NCBI GenBank assembly: GCA_013239625.1
Contig: MU053594.1
Span: 1,148,536-1,212,535 of the forward strand
Length of the DNA: 64,000 nucleotides
Source: Lama guanicoe
Taxonomy: Eukaryota
Direction: 5' to 3'
Every line of letters begins with the position of its first letter. Position 1 is the first letter of the stretch. Of this stretch, positions 33,791-45,740 are shown in pieces. Made by a program: the position numbers and the translations under genes. Below the pieces are notes generated by a model. It worked only from the letters and a program-made list of their open reading frames with translations, searched no databases and had not been told where the DNA came from.

Positions 33791-34131
33791 CCCTTGAAAG
33801 GGGGTGTGGGAAGGACTGTGCCAAAAAGAGCCTTGCCTCTTCAGAAGCAGCGGAAGTGATTTAAATAAAACAAAGTATTTGGTCATCATTTATTAATACA
33901 GTTATTTATTTACAGTTTGTTCAAGCTTCGTTTGGGGGATGTAATACAGCATCTTTGTTCCCATGGAGACTGTCATTCAGTGGTGACACAGTGGAAACAT
34001 GATTATGATAAGAGGTAGTGTGATCAGTGGTAAGGTGGGCCCCGTGCATGACAAGAGAACAAATTAGGGGCCCCTAATTGTATGTGTGGGGCATGGGAAA
34101 GGTGAGGTCACCTTTGAATCTTTTCTCTCCA

Positions 34132-35065
34132 ATTTTTATGGAGATATAATTGACAAGCAATATTATATAAGTTTAAGGCGTACAACATATTAATTTGATA
34201 CAGTTACATATTGTAAAATGATTACCACCAGAGCATTAGCTAACACCTCCATCCTGTCACATAATCATCATTTTTTTTTGTGCGTGATGAGAACATTTAA
34301 GACCTTTCTTAGCATCTTTCAAGTATATAATACAGTGTTATTAGCTATAATCACCATGCTGTGCATTAGATCCCCAGAATGTGTTCATCTTATAACTCGA
34401 AGTTTGTACCCTTTGACCCATTTCTCCCATTCCCCAGCCCCAGGTTACAACCAATCTCCTCTCTATTTTTATGATCTCAGATTTTTTTTTTCAGATTGCA
34501 CAAATAAGTCATAACATATTGTATTTGTCTTTCTCTCTCTGAGTTATTTCATTTAGCATAATGCCCTCAAGGTTCATCCATGTTGTCTCAAATGGCAGTA
34601 TTTCCTTTCTCATGGGTGAGTAACATTCCATTTTGTTCTCTCTCTCTCACCTGAAGATGCTATTTTTTATATATATATTTATATTTTTATATATTATACT
34701 TTATTTATATATTTATATATTTATATTTACATATATATATATATAAAATCTTCTTTATCCATTCATTTATCTGTTGACAGACAAAAGATACCTAAATTTT
34801 TTTCTGTTTCTTGGCCTTTGTGAATAATGTGGAAATGAACATGAAGGTGCAGATATCTCTCTGAGATCCTGTTTTCATTTCCTTCACATAAATACCCAGA
34901 AGGGGGGCTACTTCATCATGTGGCAGTTCTAGTCAGTCTTAATTTTTGGAGGAACTTCCATACTGTTTTCCACAGTGGTTGCACCAAGTTACATCCCCAC
35001 AAGCAGTGCACAAGAGTTCTCTTTTCTCCACATTCTTGTTAGCACTTATCTCTTGTCTTTTTTTA
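34132..35065 (-). mobile_element. L1 3' end (L1MA-type) with an internal (TA)-rich tract at about 34665-34745
   Basis: TTTTATGGAGATATAATTGACA...ATTTAGCATAATGCCCTCAAGGTTCATCCATGTTG...GAGGAACTTCCATACTGTTTTCCACAGTGG. Confidence 0.9.
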
Positions 35066-35069
35066 AAAA

Positions 35070-35205
35070 CACCTTTACTGTGGTGTGGTTCCTGTTCAGT
35101 AAACTACACATATTTCAGATGCACAATTTGATGCATTTTGATAGATGTATATACACTCATGAAACTACCACCACAATCGAGATAGCTAACATTTCCATCT
35201 CTTCC
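35070..35205 (-). mobile_element. Second L1 3' end fragment
   Basis: CAGTAAACTACACATATTT...TGCACAATTTGATGCATTTTGA...ACCACCACAATCGAGATAGCTAACATTTCCATC. Confidence 0.8.
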
Positions 35206-35239
35206 CAAGAGATGCAAGAGTTAAATCCTCTTTAACCCC

Positions 35240-35305
35240 TGGTATCACTTATGTGGCATCTAAAAAAAAAAGACACAAATGAACTTATCTACAAAACAGA
35301 AACAG
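35240..35305 (+). mobile_element. Short L1 3' UTR fragment
   Basis: TATCACTTATGTGGCATCTAAAAAAAAAAGACACAAATGAACTTATCTACAAAACAGAAACA; similar to 53728-53790 in this window. Confidence 0.8.
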
Positions 35306-36224
35306 GCATTTCTAGCGCTGTGACAAAACCTGGGTGGAGGAGGCCAGAGACCCCTACCTCCTTCTGTTATCACAGGGCTGACCTCCGTGCAGCAGGGAGC
35401 AGAGCTCTGAAGCTGTACTGAGAACTTGTTCTCTAGAGACCTTGAGCCTGAGAGACCACCTAAAATACATGTCTCACATCCCTCCAGCCAGCCAGACCCT
35501 TACCACATCCTAGATTTGGGACCTGGGATGCTGGGGCTGGAGGTAGAATTGAACTTGAAATGAGCAGCATGGTAATTCTATGCAAATGAATATCTATTTT
35601 GGATCAACATCTTGGACAGTTTTTCTAGGAGGGCTGAGGCAGCACGAATCCAAAGGGAGAGTGGGAGGGGGAGGGCTGTCATTTGGAGGTGTCAGAGAGC
35701 ACCCTGGGGCTCCCGGTGGAGCAGGGCCCCTCCTGCCCACAGCCCCTAATGCTACTTGATCCACTCATTAGCAAGTATGAAACATGGGGAGTCCGGAAAG
35801 GAAAAAAGGAAAAAACCAAACAAAACTCTGCAATGAATCAACTAACAGATGGAGACTTAATTCAATTTGCATCCAATCCACCCTAGTACCAAGGACTTTT
35901 TTTGCCTAACAATGGAGACTGGGGATGGGGAAGGGTCCCTGCTGCAGAGGCTGATGGGAGGATCCCTGACCCCCTCCCCTACCCTGCTCCTATCTCTTTA
36001 TGGGAACCATATGGGCATTCTTGTTTTAAAGCTCCTTTCCCTTGGGGCTAATCCTGAATTCATTCTCTGATCCAGAGAGCAAGTTCTTGGGGGAGATGAG
36101 GTTGGCACTGCGGGGAGGGAGGTGGGGGACTGTGGGGCACAAGAGCAGAGGGGGATGAAAGGCCATGTGGGAGCTGAGGGACAAGGTCAGGGTGACCCTT
36201 TCCCCTCCCACATGCATGCCCAGC

Positions 36225-36310
36225 ATGAATCAGAAGGCGAAGTGGCTGAGGAGCTGGTACTCAGACAGAGTCTGCCTGACTCCAAAGCCTGAATCCTTTC
36301 CACTGTATTT
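36225..36310 (-). mobile_element. MIR fragment
   Basis: GAGCTGGTACTCAGACAGAGTCTGCCTGACTCCAAAGCCTGAATCCTTTCCACTGTA. Confidence 0.65.
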
Positions 36311-36428
36311 CCTGCTTCCAAAGCCTGGCCCCCCCAGCCTTGCTCTGCCCCTGACTAACGGTTTAATCATTATCAGTTGACTTTGAATCTCTGAGCAGTG
36401 AGATTCCTCATTTGATAAATAAGAATAA

Positions 36429-36988
36429 TGAAAGCAGCTCTTTTGCCTCTTCCCCATTTGCCCATTTCTATTCCTCTCTGATTACAGGAATGAGCTCGCT
36501 AAGCAATTTAACCTAACTCTGGACTTATGCTCTCCTGAATGCACATCATGCCTTTCCCAATCTGTTAATTCCTTTTCTAGATTAAAAGAAGTAAGAATGA
36601 AGAATTAAAGATTTAATTAAAGAATTAAAAGAATTAGTTAAAGAATGACTAGCTTTTTACCCCTGAAAGCCCCCTTAGCAATCCTGCAGGCAGATCACTC
36701 AGGCAAGATAACATCTGAAGAGAGAGTCAGCCAGTCTGCGCACAATAAAGAAAGATGCTGAATCCAATCTCCTGCCTCAGTGACTCACTGTGATTCTTCC
36801 CCCTTTCCCCCTTTTTAAAAACTATCATGGCTGAGCAGACTCTTGGGAGTTGGTCTCGGGACATGGGTCCACCTTGTCCCCAGACTGCCGGCTTTTCTGA
36901 TTAAAGGTTCTTTCCTGTCTACTTTCGACACTTGCTTCTCGATTATTGGCTTTTGAGCAGTGAGCAGGGGAACCTGAGTTTGGTAACA
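36429..36988 (+). mobile_element. Solo ERV1-class LTR (560 bp) with 4-bp TSD, inserted into a MIR
   Basis: Begins TGAAAG, ends GGTAACA; ATAA directly on both sides (36425-36428, 36989-36992); TATA-like TTTAAAA at about 36814; ATTAAA at 36900-36905; MIR-like sequence on both flanks (36350-36428, 36993-37070). Confidence 0.8.
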
Positions 36989-37440
36989 ATAACACCAAAT
37001 GGACCTAGCCACACACCAGGTGTGTGAATGTGGAAGCTTTGTGTAATCTTTGCAATTCTGTCCAAGTTCTCATGTTAGTGATGATCATTGTTATGGTCCA
37101 AGGTGCCATTAACCTCCTCCTCTCTCAAGAGCTGACAGTTGGGAAATATGCACAAAGAACAAGAATCAAAGGAGAAAAGAAGTGCCACTTGATTTACCAG
37201 CATGGCTGTGCCAAACACGGGCAAAAACTGACTGGAGGCTGTGGCTTGGGCCAAACCCTGAATCTGAGTCCTGGGAAACAAATCACGCTTGCTGTGACCC
37301 ACAGGGAGAGAAGGAGAGAGATGCTAGACTGACCCCCACGTGTACAGGGTGTGGGGTGGGGGCCTGCCTCCTCCTCCCAGGTGCAAAAATAAGCAGGGAG
37401 AACCAGCGTGGTCAAGCCTGGTTCTAGAAAAATCCAGCTG

Positions 37441-37640
37441 TGTATATAGGAGAAAAAGCCTTTTTCTGATAGTTTCTTAGGTTCTGTTGCTGGGCCTGAT
37501 AATTAAGCTGATATAAGACAGGCCAACAGGAGAAAAGCATGCAAGATTTACTTAATATTTTTATAGCACATGGGAGCCTTCATGGGAGAAATAAGACCCT
37601 GAAGCAGTGGTTAGGACTGAGGGCGTCCATACCTTTTAAT
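37441..37640 (-). mobile_element. ERV1-class (MER-type) LTR 3' fragment
   Basis: TCTTAGGTTCTGTTGCTGGGCCTGATAATTAAGCTGATATAAGACAGG...AACAGGAGAAAAGCA...GAAGCAGTGGTTAGGAC. Confidence 0.6.
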
Positions 37641-38794
37641 TTATGGACAAGCAGCAAGATGCAGAGATTTGAGACTCAGAAATCTCAGCTCTGCCTGGAC
37701 TAGGGCCCAGGTGCCATTGGAAGTACCTGCAGGACCAGCTCACAGTCTCCTTTGTGGGGATTTAGAAGGACAGAGAGGGTGTGGGGGAGATAATCAGGCC
37801 TGGAATTCAGGTCCACCTGCCAAATGACTGATAAATCAGTGCTGCTCAAATAGCATAGCTGCCCTGTTGGACAACTTCCTTTGTCATTTCTTTTCAGTGG
37901 AAAGAAAATGAATATTGATTCTTTTCTTGGCTCCATGCTGTGTCCCTTCAAATGAGTATGATTGGGTTTCCCCAATTTAGTGGGTCACGTTCAGGCGTTT
38001 AAGGGAAATTGCATCTTTTCAGAACTCAGCCTTTGAGCCACAAGCCTGGAAGGGTGCGTATCAGTATCCTGAGGTCTTTGCATGTGAGCAGAGAGGTGCT
38101 TTGGGTCTCAGATGGTGTCGGACTGGTCTCTTGCTTTCTGGACAGGTAAGATTTGAACCTGAGTCATCTTAGGACTGGCTCAAAATTAGGTTTACCAAGA
38201 TGCTAAGGAAGAGATCCTTGGGAAAGGTGAACTGTTTTACCAAGGAGGTGGGGACTGCTGGACAGAACTTCTCCACCTTTTTAGTGAAATAGTTGGAGAA
38301 GGCAAAGTGTATTCCTTAGAGTCCTAGGATGTGGTCCAAAGCTGCTTGCTCTAGGCACAAAATTACTTTTAACTTCATGGAGCATTATAAAAATTCTTGA
38401 GAATTTTGCATTTTTCCTGATAACATGTATTTGTTTGAATATAAAAATAATGTTCTAAGTCAGTTTTCATCCCATAAAGCTGATAGGAGAGAAAATAAAG
38501 TATTAATAAATTATATATGCTGTAGCTCCAAGGCCCTCCCCGCTGGGTTATGTTATTTTGGGAAGCACAGCCCTTTCATGTAATATTCAGGTACATGCAC
38601 CCTATGATTCTAAGCTTCGTGGAGGTCACTATGCAGCTTCATGCCTGGGTCATCCTGTCACTGGGGATGAGAAACAAGTGTGGTTACCTCCACATCACAA
38701 ACCCCCTTGAATTCTAGAAAGTTGTCCCCTTGGGTGCTCCAAAGGCTTTCCTTGTGGTACCCCACCTTCAGGCAGGGACATCCTTCTTTCGATC

Positions 38795-39754
38795 TGTGAA
38801 ATAATAGAAAAGATAGATGTTGGTCTCTGCTCCTGGCTTCTGGCACCAAGCTCCTTAAAACTCTTGCAATTCCCTAAGTGATAAGAACTCTAGGGGCATC
38901 TCTTGTTCTCATAATTGTCTTTGCCCCTGTCCCTGACACCTGAAACCCTCATAATCTCCTAGGTGATGGGTGTGTCTTTTGTTCTAATGAGGCAACTCTG
39001 GGTGGGCTCCTGGGTGGCTCCCAGATGAGGACTGGTCACCAGAAAAATCAAGCAATGATTGGGAACTTGAAGCTTGGAATTTTCGGGCCTGCTCACCCCC
39101 ATTTGCTCAAGAAGGGAGAAAGGCTGAAGATGACGTTAGTGATGGATCATGCCTAAGTGATGAAGCTTCCATAAAATCCCCAAAGTACAGGGATTGGGCA
39201 ACTTCTGGGTTGGTGAACACTTTGGGGGTGGGCGGGGTGGGAGAATGGCCTGCCCAGAGAGGGCAGAGAAGCCCTGAACCGCTTCCCACACACCTGGGCC
39301 TACACATCTCTTCCACCTGGATGTTCATCTGTATCTTTATCACATCCTTGATAATAGACTGGTAAACATAATTAAAATGTTTTCCTGAGTTCTGTGAACC
39401 ATTCTAGCAAATTAATCAAACCTGAGGAGGGGGTCAGACCCTCCAATCTATAGCCAGCCAGCTGGTCAGAACCTGGACCAGAGACTGGCATCTGGAGGTG
39501 GGGAGGGGGCAGGCTTGTAGGACTGGGCTGTCAGCCTGGGGGATCTGGGGCTGTCTCCTGGTAGGCAGTGTCAGAGTTGAGTTGAATGGTGGGACCCCAA
39601 CTGGTGTCACAAAGGACAGAACAGCTTCTTATGGGGAAAACCCTCCACATATTTGGTGACCAGAAGTGTCCAAAGTGAAGTGCTCTGTGTGGGTAGCAAA
39701 GGAGACTGCCAGGGAGGAAACACACAGTTGGGAAGAACTGGGTTCTTCCCTGCA
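38795..39754 (+). mobile_element. MER21-family LTR (near full length)
   Basis: TGTGAAATAATAG...GACTGGTCACCAGAAA...CATGCCTAAGTGATGAAGCTTCCATAAAA...TTCCTGAGTTCTGTGAACCATTCTAGCAAATT...ACATATTTGGTGACCAGAAGTG. Confidence 0.85.
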
Positions 39755-41099
39755 TCGGAAGGAGAAAGGTGGGTTTTTCCATTACACCACCCCTACAGCA
39801 GGGTCACATGCACTGAGATGGCTCCCAGATGGATTCCAAGATGAAGTCCAAGCTGAGTTCACAGTGGCTTTTGATGACGTGGGCATGTCTCTGCTTAGCC
39901 ATGAATGCCGCCCGTGTACCTGAGTGACCGGTGGTGAGGGGCAGGTGTCAGAGGAAGCAGAGCCTGGGATTAATGATGATGTATTATCTTCTGTTTCTAA
40001 AATTTCCCCCCTTGTGTATCTAAATGGACATTCATTACGAGTTACCATAGTTACAAGAAGAAAAGCTGGGGGGAGAAGGGAGTGGAGTGCAATTCAAAGT
40101 GCTGGCTTTAATATCAGAAACTACATCTGGATATTCTCTGCCCCCCCCACCCTCCCCCAATTCCCACAGCATCTGGGGGGAGATAGCCCAGAGGGCTTGA
40201 TTAAGAGTAAAGAAAAAGGGATTAGCTTTGAGGCCACAATCCCTTCCATCCACAGGTCACTACAAATGCCCCAACTGTTTGTTCAAACCCTGCCCTGTCC
40301 CAGTAAAACAGCCGGCTCTGCATCCTTCTGAGGACTGGCTGTCCAGGAGGAAGTGGGGTGAATGTGCCCCACCTCGTATATTATATTACATGAGGCTGAG
40401 TCATGTTTAGGTGGCTCAGAGGCCCTAAGAGACGCAGGGAGGAAGACCCGAGCCCCCTGAACTTGGGAGGACAGCCTGTCCATCCATCACACAGCACATT
40501 CTCAGGGTGCACTTGCTTGCTCAGGGTGTCATCACTGGGAGTAATTTCCGGTTTCTCTGTCATCCCCGGTCCTGCCTGGCCAGCTGGGAATTCAGAGCCT
40601 GTGCACCGCTCCTGTGCTGTCTCCTGTGCAGACAGCATTTAATTGCCATCACATGGGGCTGGGGAATCTGTTGTAATGAGGTAGAGATCCGTTTCGCCCG
40701 CACTGCAGGAGGGATTCTGGTTGGAGGCAGCCTGGTCGCCAGGATAGAAACTCTGCCCTGAAGACCTGCAACCAATCACAGATGCTGCGGGAGGCCCTTG
40801 CAGCTGACGTCACATCTTTTTCAGGTGTGATAGGCGGCCTGATGTGGTGAGAAGAGTTCAGAATTTGGTCTCAGAGGGCCTGGGTGTAATTCACTGGGAG
40901 GCAAGTGGTGGGCTTGGACCTCCTAGGATTGTGGGGAGGAATAATTGCAAGAATCTGGGATGCTGGTGGCCATGTCCAAGTAGTACCAGGTCAAGGAACA
41001 GTCTGGGGGAGGAGTTAAGGAAAGGAGCTCGATGTCCAGCTGTTTTCAGTTCTTTCCCGTAAACCTGTTTCCTCCAGATCCTGACCTAATCACCATGTC

Positions 41100-41370
41100 C
41101 CCAGGAAAATGAATCTTGTGTCACTGAGGAGAACATGGACCCCTCCTCTGGGAAACTCTGTGTTCCTCTGTCCCCAGCAAGAACTAGGGGTTCCTCCATC
41201 CCCAGCACCAGCATTTACTTCTCTTGCACTTCTAGCACACTGAATGCAGCTACTTGCCTATTCACCTGCTCCCACCGAAAGACTGAGCTCCATGCACACG
41301 AAGCCTGTGTTGTACTGAGCAACTGAAAGTAATAGGAGATCAATGAATACTTTGTAAAAGAAAGAATGAG
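41100..41370 (+). mobile_element. L2 3' end
   Basis: CCTCCTCTGGGAAAC...GACTGAGCTCCATG...TAGGAGATCAATGAATACTTTG. Confidence 0.6.
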
Positions 41371-41544
41371 CGAGGCTGAAAGAAACAGGTTGCGCTGATC
41401 TGAGACCCTGATGGTTCAGCTTCGGCTTTCTGGGCACTTGGCTCCCCCAACATTTTCACAGCTTTTCCTCCACCAGGAAGTGTGTGATTCTGACAAGTTC
41501 AGTACACGCTGAGCCAGAGAAAGCTCATTGGTATTTTCAGAATG

Positions 41545-41780
41545 ATTCTTATATTTCTAAAGAGAGCTTACCATTTTCAAATCACTTTCATGTTCATGAT
41601 TTCATTTGATTCCCATGAACAATTCAGCAGAAAAAGGCAAGAGGAAGCTGAAATTCAGGGAGATGTCAAGAGACTAACCCAAGACCATGTAGGTAACTGG
41701 TGATGAAGCCAGAATTAAAATTCTAGCCCAGCGGTTTCTGTCCAGGTGCTCTTGAGGGGAATCCATGATGCCATGTACCA
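41545..41780 (-). mobile_element. MIR SINE
   Basis: CACTTTCATGTTCATGATTTCATTTGAT...GAGGAAGCTGAAATTCAGGGAG...CCCAAGACCA. Confidence 0.75.
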
Positions 41781-41809
41781 AACAACAACCCACCAGGGGT
41801 ACGGGGCCA

Positions 41810-42400
41810 GCCACTTCCCTCATCCATTCTTTGTGAATATCTTCTGCAGGACTCCCTGGGCCACACACTAAGTGCTGAGAAGATGGAGAGGAACATGTCA
41901 CAGCCTGACTTCAGGGAGCTTAGGGTCCAGTGGGGGAGGCAGATGCATAGGTTAGACTTGAGGGATTAGAGGTCTAAATGGGATCTAACCACAGGGTGGG
42001 AGGGGAGAAGAAGGGGAAAGAAAATTGGTCTATTGAAACTTGCATTTCCAAAGGCAGAAGATTTATATGATGATAGCACCCAGAGTGTGGCCATAGGAGG
42101 GTTGGTTGAAGCTAATGCAATGAGCATTGTTGGAGTTGATAATGTCAAGGAACTTTGGAGATAAGACTTTGGATGGATAGTTGGTATAGAAGTGAGACAG
42201 ACGGTGACAGGAGCTGAGAGCAGAAGATATTTTTGAGCCAGCTAATAAGATCTGTAATGAATGAAGGAGGTGAAAGGAAGATGGAGGACAATGGTGACAA
42301 AGATGAACAGAAGAGTTAAAGGATAGTGAACCAGATGACATAACTTTCAAAGAAAGAGGTCTTTTTGCAAGAGGGTACAAAAAGAGGTTGGAAGGAAGCC
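41810..42400 (-). mobile_element. L2 fragments
   Basis: GGGCCACACACTAAGTGCTGAGA...CCTGACTTCAGGGAGCTTAGGGTCCAGTGGGGGAGGCAGA, followed by purine-rich reverse L2 body. Confidence 0.65.
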
Positions 42401-42415
42401 ACTGGATTGAATTGG

Positions 42416-42787
42416 TGTTATAGGCTAAATATTTTTACCCCACCCCCCAATTCATATGTTGAAGCCTTATCCCCCAATGTAATGGTATTAGGTGGTGGGT
42501 CCTTTGAGAGGTAATGAGGTTTATATGAGAGTGGAGCTCCCGTAATAAGATTAGTGTCCTCTTAGGAAGAGGAAGAGCCAGAGCTCCATCTCTCCAAGTG
42601 GCCACACCAAGGAAGAGCCAACTGAGCACACAAGGAGAAGGTGGCTGTCTGCAACCCAGGAAGAGGGTTCTCACCAGACACTACATCTGGGACTTCTAAC
42701 CTTCCAGAACTATGAGAAATAAATGTTTGCTATTTAAGTCACCAAGTCTGGGGTATTTTGTTATAGCAGCCAAAGCTGGTTAAGACA
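42416..42787 (+). mobile_element. Solo MLT1A-type LTR
   Basis: TGTTATAGGCTAAAT...AATTCATATGTTGAAGCC...GAGAAATAAATGTTTG...TTTTGTTATAGCAGCC...TAAGACA; flanks ATTGG/ATGGG. Confidence 0.9.
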
Positions 42788-42809
42788 ATGGGCAAATATC
42801 ACCCATCCT

Positions 42810-43190
42810 ATTTCTTCAGGATTGGCTAAGGAAAAAACAATGGCTTAACAGAACACAGTTTATTTCTCACTCACATTACCTGTCCAACATCGGTCACCCA
42901 ACACCAAGGGAAGGAGGGAGCTCTGCTTCAGGTGGGCATTGACGAACCCAGGTTGATAGAATTTCCTACATCTTGAAACGTATCATCTGGAATGTGTGAC
43001 CTCCACCATCACCATGACAAGGCTTGAGATGGCCGAAGAGTTATGCTCTGATGCTGAACTATCCTACATCACTTCCACTCCCAGTCCACTGGTCCATCCT
43101 AGTCAATGGCCCCACTCACCTGCAAAGGGGCTGGGGAGGTGGAGGAGCCTGTGAATATTCAGTGAGCAATAAAGGATTCTGCTATCCCTA
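42810..43190 (-). mobile_element. Old ERVL-MaLR LTR (MLT1J-type)
   Basis: AATGGCTTAACA...TTTATTTCTCACTCAC...CATCACTTCCACTCCCAGTCCACTGGTC...TGCAAAGGGGCTGGG. Confidence 0.7.
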
Positions 43191-43209
43191 TAGCAGACTC
43201 CACAGACTT

Positions 43210-43325
43210 CTTTCACTTATTCAATAAATATTTGAATGCCCATTTGCATCAAACAATGAACTGGGCATGAAGAAGACAAGGATGAAGAAATGGTTGTGTT
43301 TCCCGCCTATGGAGTTCTTGGCAAA
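43210..43325 (-). mobile_element. L2 3' tail
   Basis: TCACTTATTCAATAAATATTTGAATGCC...CTGGGCATGAAG. Confidence 0.65.
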
Positions 43326-44799
43326 TACCGATGCCTTCTTGACCTCCTGGTGCCTGACTCTGAGCTCTCTTTGACTATCTCCTTCCTGGTTAGACTCTCG
43401 CCTATGATTCCTGCTCAGCTCTCCTGCCTCCTATTCTAGACTCAGCTTTTAAATTTAAATCTCTTCTAAGCTACACATTATATCAGGTAGAAGAGGTATA
43501 ATTCTGGTTCTCTGAGCCACCTCTTTTCCAGTTTTTCAGCTTCAGGGATGTGGGAATGAGTAGTGTGGGGTCATAAAAGTTGGGACTCAGACCCCCTCCA
43601 GCCAGATGTGTCCCAGGATACTGACCAGAGCAGGAGCTTCTCTCTTCTTCCCAGATTCCTTGTGTGGAGCCGTGGTCGGATCTGGTAAGCAGGTGTAATT
43701 GCATTTCAGGCTTGTTGTCTCTAGGAGTGTAACACGATTCCGTGGGCCATAATTGAAAATCTATTGAGTCTGGAAACCAGTATTGCACATAAACCTCCCC
43801 AGCCCTGGACATCCTGCAGGGAGCACTCCCTCCCCGTTATTCCTATAAATCACCAGAGATGGGCTGGGAACCAATCGATGAGAAAAAATTATGCCACAGC
43901 ATTAGATTTCATCATACACAACTTGAACTATTACTTTCCTGTCCTGTGGTATGAGGAATCATGAGAATTAATAGTCTTCCTCTTCTCCAACGATGGGTTT
44001 ACGACACAGTGTTACCTACACTCTATTTCTTTCTTAAAATCATCAATTAATTTTGGGTACTTACAACTACTCAGTCACTTCCTGAAATTAGCAAGCCCCC
44101 ACCCCTCATTGGTCTTAATGGGATTTTAGAATAATGATATGCTTTCCCAGTTTTGGCCTCCTTCTAATGTCTGATTCAGAATAAGTTTCTACCTCATCAG
44201 CCTCCTCCCTCTGACCTCCTCCCTAGACTTTTCTTGGCTCCGTATTTCTAGGGAAGTGGCTAGTACTCACCTTCAGTCTGCTGCTTCTGTGCATATGGTC
44301 AGGATGAGCAAGTCTAAGCTCAAGGTGTTTTCACAGGCTCCATCCTTCTCTGTCTCTAGCACCCCATTTCCTTGCTTTGGGGAAGTCCTCCCTGAGTCCT
44401 AGCTCCTTGGAAAACATAAAGGAGGAGTGAAGTCCTTTGATCAAACAGCCCTGGTGATACCTCTCTGGTATCACCTGAGTGACTAAAGTGCAGGTAGGTC
44501 CTCTGGGAAGATGGCAGTGAAAGGTTAGCGTAGCCCAGGACATAGAGGTGATGCAGGAGTTGGGCATCTGGAGTTGGGTCCTCAGTGTCTCTGAGACCAT
44601 CAGCAAACATCTATGGAGGATCTTCTATGTGCAAAACATTGTGCTGGGTGTCATTTTAAACTTTTACCTTATTTGTATATGACACCTTGATTTTCTGGTG
44701 AGAGAAGCAAGAAATTCTATCCGAGACCCTTAAGTGCTTTTCCCTGACTCATTCTCTGGTTAGTTTTTAATAGGTTCACAGGGAGGGAAAATGTCCTCT

Positions 44800-45060
44800 G
44801 GAATCATTCATTCATTTATTCATTTCTTCACTAAATATAATTAAGTAATGTTACATGAAAGGTGGTGTTTGGGATGATTGGGGATATATAATGGTGACAA
44901 AAACATAGCCCTAGACTGTAAGTATTTTCAATCTTGTACGAAAGGTAAGACTCTTGGGCAAGTATCTCAGAATTCAAGGCAATGTGAGAGAAATGCTTTA
45001 TGATTGGTGGAAAAGAAGCCTTTATTGGTGGAAGAGGTAAGAAGAGAGAACTTCTCTAGT
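44800..45060 (-). mobile_element. L2 3' tail
   Basis: TCATTCATTCATTTATTCATT...GGGATATATAATGGTGACAAAAACATAGCCC. Confidence 0.65.
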
Positions 45061-45289
45061 TAGCCTGGTTTCTGGGGATGTTTGCACTAACAAGAACCTC
45101 ATTCCCACCTTCCAATCCTCCTAAAGTTGGAGTCTGAAACACCAGGCACAACAGCACAAGCCCAAATGACTGAACAGCTTGAAAAGTGCCTGAGGGCTCC
45201 TAGCACCTGCCACTTTCTTCTGATATCTTCCACCTCACAGAGCATCCAGGCTGCAGGGGTTGCTGCCATCTCACCATGAGTCCCCACCT

Positions 45290-45740
45290 CCTAGTAGAGC
45301 TGATTGGTTGAGATCAGGGCTTTGGTACCAGGCTGATCCTGTGTGCCTCTTTCTCCAGGATTTTTGTTCTTGGGCTTGAGAGAGTAGAAATTCTCTCTTT
45401 TTGTGGCTGGACTGTAAGATGTTTATTTTGGAAACTGTCAGCAGCCATATTTCCTAAGGCTGGACCAGAGAATTGAGAGAAGTAATTCAGCTCACAGAAA
45501 GAGAGGAAAGAATGAAGCAGAGGCTGGGAAAGAAGAGTAATGTGAGATGTGGAGAGAGTCCTGAGGGAATCTGAGCCCCTGATTATAGTAATTCCTAAAT
45601 CCCAGCCGAATTCATGCTCTTGGGTTCCACGAGACATCCTGATGTTCTTACATTAAATCCGTTCTTACACTAAATCCTCCACTTTGCTTCAAACAACTTG
45701 AGTTGGGTTGAACACCTGTCCCTTTTATTGCAGAGTGTTA
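45290..45740 (+). mobile_element. Old ERVL-MaLR LTR (MLT1K/L-type)
   Basis: GTCAGCAGCCATATTTCC...GAATGAAGCAGAGG...GAGAGAGTCCTGA...TTGAGTTGGGTT. Confidence 0.65.

Noticed and set aside
36429..39754. Three neighbouring LTRs as one ERV
   Set aside because: Different families and orientations; no primer-binding site or internal coding sequence seen
1728..42787. MLT1A copies at 1728 and 42416 as paired LTRs of one provirus
   Set aside because: 40 kb apart, each has its own TSD-like flanks, and there is no internal gag/pol sequence between them
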